Shown here in pieces: positions 16,450 to 20,000 of a DNA stretch of 20,000 nucleotides; the stretch's first letter is position 1; each line of letters starts with the position of its first letter. The stretch lies in IMG/VR virus record IMGVR_UViG_3300050821_004861. One strand, given 5' to 3'. Position numbers and translations under genes: made by a program. Source of the stretch: an uncultured virus (IMG/VR IMGVR_UViG_3300050821_004861) (Duplodnaviria > Heunggongvirae > Uroviricota > Caudoviricetes). A model generated the notes under the pieces. That model saw nothing but the letters and a program-made list of their open reading frames with translations, searched no databases and was not told the origin of the DNA.

Positions 16450-17595
16450 CTATGAGAAAAGATCACGTTTCGGTTTGATTACTTCTTCCATCCTATCAAA
16501 CAATTCTTCCCAAAACTTTATAGCTATTGGGAAACGAGGAACTCCATCTGGAGTTAGTGCTTGATATTTAATTGTAACAGAATGAAAAGCATCTTTATCT
16601 TCCAAAAGAGCCTTTGTGAATTCTTGTGTTCCTGCAATACCAGCTCTAAATTCTGTGCCATCTGGCATAGAACAAACAGCTATTTTAGCATAGCCTGACC
16701 AATTTCCTTCGCCTTCAAGTATGTCCTTTAATTCATATTCTTCGTCAACAAATTCTTTACGTTTGAGAAGTTTATCTGAGCGCTTCTGTTCATATCTAGC
16801 ATTGTGGCGCACGATTTGGCCTTCAAATCCCTGCAACAGAAGTTCTTGATTGTAGATATCAAGCTCATCCTCTGTTGTTACAAATTTTGTTGGCGTTGCC
16901 TTTATCATATTTATGTTATGATCTTTACTAAACAACTCTAGCCATAAAAATTCCCATCTATTCTCAAAATTGATATGTGGACTTTCTAAGTCAAACATAT
17001 CGTATATCCAATATTCTATAAGTTGTGCTGATTCTTCTAAGTCAGCAAACTGTGGCTTAGTCTTTCTGGCTAGAGAAATGATCTTATTAAAATTGTCATG
17101 TAGATCGTGATTATATAGTTCTCCATCAAGAACTATATTTGGATATTCCTCAAAAAATGCTTTCAATTCTCCCTCGATATGAGGAGTAGAAATGAGCTGT
17201 ATATTGGTGCGCGACCAGAGTCCATCCGCATTAGCCAAGCAGCGAACGCCATCGAGCTTAGGCTGAACAAAACAAGGGCGCTGCCAGCCTATGTATTTTT
17301 GAGCAAGCATAGGCTTGATAAGACTTAATCTAGTCTCGTGAATATTATCAATGTCCAATCTGTAATCTATTCTCAATTTCTTGTTCATCTCCGCCCTGGC
17401 ATAAAATAAAGCTTGACTGCTTATAGTAGATTGTGATTTTAATTCTACTTGGGTCCACTCTGTTGTAATTATTTGTCCACCCAAGACACCATAATGCGAT
17501 CTCCAGCAACCTTCCCATTCGCCTTCCCCCACTTCGGCTTGCCAAACTCTAACATTACCAGATACGTCCGCTTTGTATATTTGATCCAGAAGCAT
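16450..17595 (-). CDS. ATP-dependent DNA ligase
   Basis: QPKLDGVR (motif I), LDGELY, IYDMFD, FEGQIVR, LLKRK. Confidence 0.93.
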   Translation of the reverse strand: MLLDQIYKADVSGNVRVWQAEVGEGEWEGCWRSHYGVLGGQIITTEWTQVELKSQSTISSQALFYARAEMNKKLRIDYRLDIDNIHETRLSLIKPMLAQKYIGWQRPCFVQPKLDGVRCLANADGLWSRTNIQLISTPHIEGELKAFFEEYPNIVLDGELYNHDLHDNFNKIISLARKTKPQFADLEESAQLIEYWIYDMFDLESPHINFENRWEFLWLELFSKDHNINMIKATPTKFVTTEDELDIYNQELLLQGFEGQIVRHNARYEQKRSDKLLKRKEFVDEEYELKDILEGEGNWSGYAKIAVCSMPDGTEFRAGIAGTQEFTKALLEDKDAFHSVTIKYQALTPDGVPRFPIAIKFWEELFDRMEEVIKPKRDLFS

Positions 17596-17612
17596 TTTTC
17601 ACCCTCTATAGT

Positions 17613-17641
17613 ACATTAGCACAGTTGCGACACGAAAGCAA
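17613..17641 (-). promoter_or_regulatory. Sigma70-type promoter for the ligase/replication operon
   Basis: Minus strand TTGCTT-17 nt-TAATGT with TGC before the -10. Confidence 0.65.
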
Positions 17642-17654
17642 ACGCTTTTTTAAA

Positions 17655-17939
17655 CTACCGTCTCTTCATGTGATTTACATTGACTAGTGGTTCGTTATTT
17701 TTGAGACAAATCTCAATTGTGATACCTTCTAATTCTAAAGCTTGTAATAATGATAGATCCTCTTTCACAATATGGACAAGAGGCATTAATCCAGCTTTAT
17801 GTAATTCGTCAATTACTTGATTGAATCCTTTTGAACGATTATTACCATTCAGTGCACGGTTTTTACTTCCGTGACCAACATAAAATATTTTGTTTATATC
17901 AGTTCGTTTCCAAACATAGACGCAATAATTACTTTTCAT
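17655..17939 (-). CDS. Small GIY-YIG family nuclease (94 aa)
   Basis: YCVY...FYVGHG...R ... ALELE ... LVN. Start chosen at MKSNY (17939). Confidence 0.75.
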   Translation of the reverse strand: MKSNYCVYVWKRTDINKIFYVGHGSKNRALNGNNRSKGFNQVIDELHKAGLMPLVHIVKEDLSLLQALELEGITIEICLKNNEPLVNVNHMKRR

Positions 17940-18348
17940 GTGATTTCTTTGTGAGCTTATAAACACCCGGTGCAATCTTCTCAACAAGCTTCTTCTCCAT
18001 CAATCTAGTTACAGCATTATTGATTGTACTTTTATTGTAACCTAATGATACAAGATTATGACTCATTTCTCGCCATTCTGCCGATTGGCGCTTCTGTAAA
18101 AATTCAAGAGTAAAATCCATTGCTGTTTTTCCATCTGGATGTTTAAAATGAGATTGTCTTTGCTTTTTATTATGTGGCGGTGCCATTAACTTTTGGTTAT
18201 GAGCAACAAGTTGCGCCACTTTAGAAAAGTGTTCCTCTTTTGGTTCAGGAAGTTCTTCAACATGAACATTAAGTTCATCTGGCAAAAGTTTTGCCATCAT
18301 AGCAAACATGATCTCTGCGTTACCTGAAAACTCCACTTTGTATTTCAT
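17929..18348 (-). CDS. Hypothetical protein with C-terminal winged-helix domain
   Basis: AGGAG RBS; LGYNKSTINNAVTRLMEKKLVEKIAPGVYKL is a typical wHTH recognition helix plus wing. Confidence 0.7.
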   Translation of the reverse strand: MKYKVEFSGNAEIMFAMMAKLLPDELNVHVEELPEPKEEHFSKVAQLVAHNQKLMAPPHNKKQRQSHFKHPDGKTAMDFTLEFLQKRQSAEWREMSHNLVSLGYNKSTINNAVTRLMEKKLVEKIAPGVYKLTKKSHEK

Positions 18349-18380
18349 TTTTCTTCTCCTATGGGCATTGAATGATAAGA

Positions 18381-18414
18381 GGCGCTGCTACCGGCCCATT
18401 CCGATAGCAGCGCC
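18381..18414 (-). terminator. Strong hairpin, terminator-like
   Basis: Minus strand GGCGCUGCUAUCGG-AAUGGG-CCGGUAGCAGCGCC (14 bp, one U-G) followed by UCUUAU. Confidence 0.7.
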
Positions 18415-18624
18415 AATATGTGATGTTATGCGATTTCACAGGTAATGTCAAAACCCACCGAGAACCTGAATCGCATCTTGTAGTGCCAAAACAACAATGA
18501 CCGCTCACTATGGGGCGCGTGCGACGGCGTTATTGCTACGTCTGACCACGCTGGAACATCATTGTTATCCATCACTAGCCGGTAATCACACATCCGCTGC
18601 TGGGGTTGTATCCTCGGTGGGATT
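18381..18624 (-). ncRNA. Candidate structured non-coding RNA with pseudoknots and a 3' terminator-like hairpin
   Basis: Several long pairings whose G-U wobbles form only on the minus strand (detailed in findings); no credible ORF. Confidence 0.6.
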
Positions 18625-18626
18625 CC

Positions 18627-18971
18627 TCATTTTCTTGCTTTTTTCTTATATTTGCTCATCTGCACAACATGGCGCACAGAAACTAGTTTGTGTATTTTTG
18701 GCTGTTCCATTATTGGATAAACTTTAACTTGTTCTCCATGCGGAACAATACCAAGTTTGTATCCCAATGCTCTTAAAACAGCATTGATAGTAGCTGCTTG
18801 CGGCTTTCTTGTTTTACCAGAAAACCAATTTGATAAAGTATTCGATGTTACGCCACTGTTATCTTCAATCCATTTATAATTTACGCCGCTGTCCTGATAA
18901 ACAGTTCTGATTTCGTCAATTATAGGATCTTTATCAACGAAATTATACGATTTGTAGGTGAAGCTCGCCAT
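18627..18971 (-). CDS. XRE/Cro-like HTH transcriptional regulator
   Basis: IEDNSGVTSNTLSNWFSGKTRKPQAATINAVLRALG; AAGGA RBS. Confidence 0.85.
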   Translation of the reverse strand: MASFTYKSYNFVDKDPIIDEIRTVYQDSGVNYKWIEDNSGVTSNTLSNWFSGKTRKPQAATINAVLRALGYKLGIVPHGEQVKVYPIMEQPKIHKLVSVRHVVQMSKYKKKARK

Positions 18972-18998
18972 TTTTCATTCCTTCTGTGGTTGATTGAG

Positions 18999-19016
18999 AA
19001 TTGCGATAACGCAATT
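18999..19016. promoter_or_regulatory. Palindromic operator candidate in the divergent intergenic region
   Basis: AATTGCG-ATAA-CGCAATT perfect 7-bp inverted repeat, 5 bp upstream of the + strand -35 box. Confidence 0.55.
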
Positions 19017-19021
19017 GTGTG

Positions 19022-19050
19022 TTGCTTTCTTTTCTGCTTTATGCTATACT
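19022..19050 (+). promoter_or_regulatory. Sigma70-type promoter for the primase operon
   Basis: TTGCTT-17 nt-TATACT with TGC before the -10. Confidence 0.75.
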
Positions 19051-19078
19051 GCGCGAATATTTCGGGAAAGAGAAAAAG

Positions 19079-19300
19079 ATGCCAGATCTATTTACGGATG
19101 AGTACGAAAAAGCCAAGACTAAATGGGAAGAAGCCAGAAAAACTTTTGATCATGCGATAGATTTATATGATTCAATGAATCTATTGTTGAGACATGCACA
19201 TAAAGAATTAGATGAAGCAGCAAAAGAATTTGCTGTTCAACAAGCAAAATTGGTTAAAACTGGAAAAACTAAAATTAAAGTAGTGAAGAAAGGAGAGTAA
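19079..19300 (+). CDS. Small coiled-coil protein (73 aa)
   Basis: Start moved to ATG 19079, downstream of the promoter (MPDLFTDEYEKAK...); heptad pattern. Confidence 0.65.
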   Translation: MPDLFTDEYEKAKTKWEEARKTFDHAIDLYDSMNLLLRHAHKELDEAAKEFAVQQAKLVKTGKTKIKVVKKGE

Positions 19301-19301
19301 G

Positions 19302-20000
19302 ATGGAATTAAATATCCAAGAAGCTCTGCAATTTCTTGATATACTAGAACCGGATGGGCGCCACACAATAGCGAGCGAAGCTCCATTTGGAGGTCCAGAG
19401 AACGGGCCTGTATGGGAAGCTGGCAAAACATTTGAGGCGCACCAAAGAGAGTTGCTCATCGCCGATATCAAAAAGCGGCAAGCACGTAAATCAAATGTGT
19501 ACTATAGTGTCAATAAACCTTGCAAAATAACTGAGAGGCAAGGTTCTGGAGGCAAGAACAATATTGACGATATTATCGCTATCAGAGCATTAGCATTTGA
19601 TATAGACTTTACGTCTTTTGAAAGAGATCAAGAAGCTGTTTTAAATTTCATAGATAAGGAACTAGAATTAAAACCATCGCTAGTTATAAATACTGGTGGT
19701 GGCTTTCATCTTATATATTTATTGGATAAAAGAGAAGTAACATGGTTATTTAGGCCGCCGAAAAATGACAAAGAAAAAGAAGATAATGTAAAAATGATAG
19801 CAAATCGCTCAAACATTGCAGCGTTAGGCCATGATTTCGAGACCTTGTTGCGCTCCAAAGTTGCACATCTACCAGTTAAAGTAGATAATATGTCCAATAT
19901 AGACCGCGTAATGCGTCTGCCAGGAACGATAAATTATCCAAAAGCAGAGAAGATAGCCAAAGGACAGACAATAGCGCAATCATACATAGCCAAAAATTAT
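19302..20000 (+). CDS. AEP-superfamily (RepB'-like) DNA primase, probably the N-terminus of a primase-helicase (3' truncated by window)
   Basis: Not in the ORF track. AGGAG RBS; open to the window end: MELNIQEALQFL...NVYYSVN...ALAFDID...PSLVINTGGGFHLIYLL...DRVMRLPGTINYPK. Confidence 0.88.
   Translation, partial: MELNIQEALQFLDILEPDGRHTIASEAPFGGPENGPVWEAGKTFEAHQRELLIADIKKRQARKSNVYYSVNKPCKITERQGSGGKNNIDDIIAIRALAFDIDFTSFERDQEAVLNFIDKELELKPSLVINTGGGFHLIYLLDKREVTWLFRPPKNDKEKEDNVKMIANRSNIAALGHDFETLLRSKVAHLPVKVDNMSNIDRVMRLPGTINYPKAEKIAKGQTIAQSYIAKNY

Noticed and set aside
17655..17939. GIY-YIG as an intron-encoded homing endonuclease
   Set aside because: It is a free-standing catalytic domain with no DNA-binding extension and no interrupted host gene.
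18381..18624. Group I/II intron, tRNA, tmRNA or RNase P identity for the structured region
   Set aside because: No P7 GACUA/UAGUC core, no domain V, no cloverleaf or CCA end, no RNase P P4 consensus, and it does not interrupt a gene.
18497..18727. 76-aa + strand ORF over the structured region
   Set aside because: No RBS, antisense to the operon, overlaps the XRE gene and has no recognisable features.

Overview
This is a 20-kb segment of a tailed dsDNA phage genome. The host is probably alphaproteobacterial, judging by a PEPxxWA-CTERM protein, a DUF3309-like peptide and TTGC-N-TGCTA promoters. On the + strand, 1-2812 holds the end of a tail-fibre/collar gene, small membrane proteins, an M15A peptidase endolysin and a 2OG-Fe(II) oxygenase. 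2849-5771 is an accessory zone with a GC-richer PEP-CTERM surface protein carrying its own promoter and structured leader, a divergent solo LuxR HTH, and a GC-richer gene with its own promoter and terminator. On the - strand, 5886-18971 is a replication and nucleotide module reminiscent of Pbunavirus/Lindbergviridae: SNF2 helicase, DnaE, epsilon-like exonuclease, HAD phosphatase, divergent ThyX, FAD oxidoreductase, DUF5664-like protein, SSB-like protein, ATP-dependent ligase, GIY-YIG and HTH proteins. A divergent AEP/RepB-type primase runs off the right end. The main observations are: (1) a ~245-nt intergenic candidate ncRNA with two pseudoknot-type pairings at 18381-18624 (-); (2) a phage-encoded exosortase substrate; (3) a ThyX homolog lacking several canonical motif residues, inside a nucleotide-metabolism cluster; (4) a shared terminal DLF tag on several replication proteins. 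All family calls come from motif recognition by eye, with no database searches.
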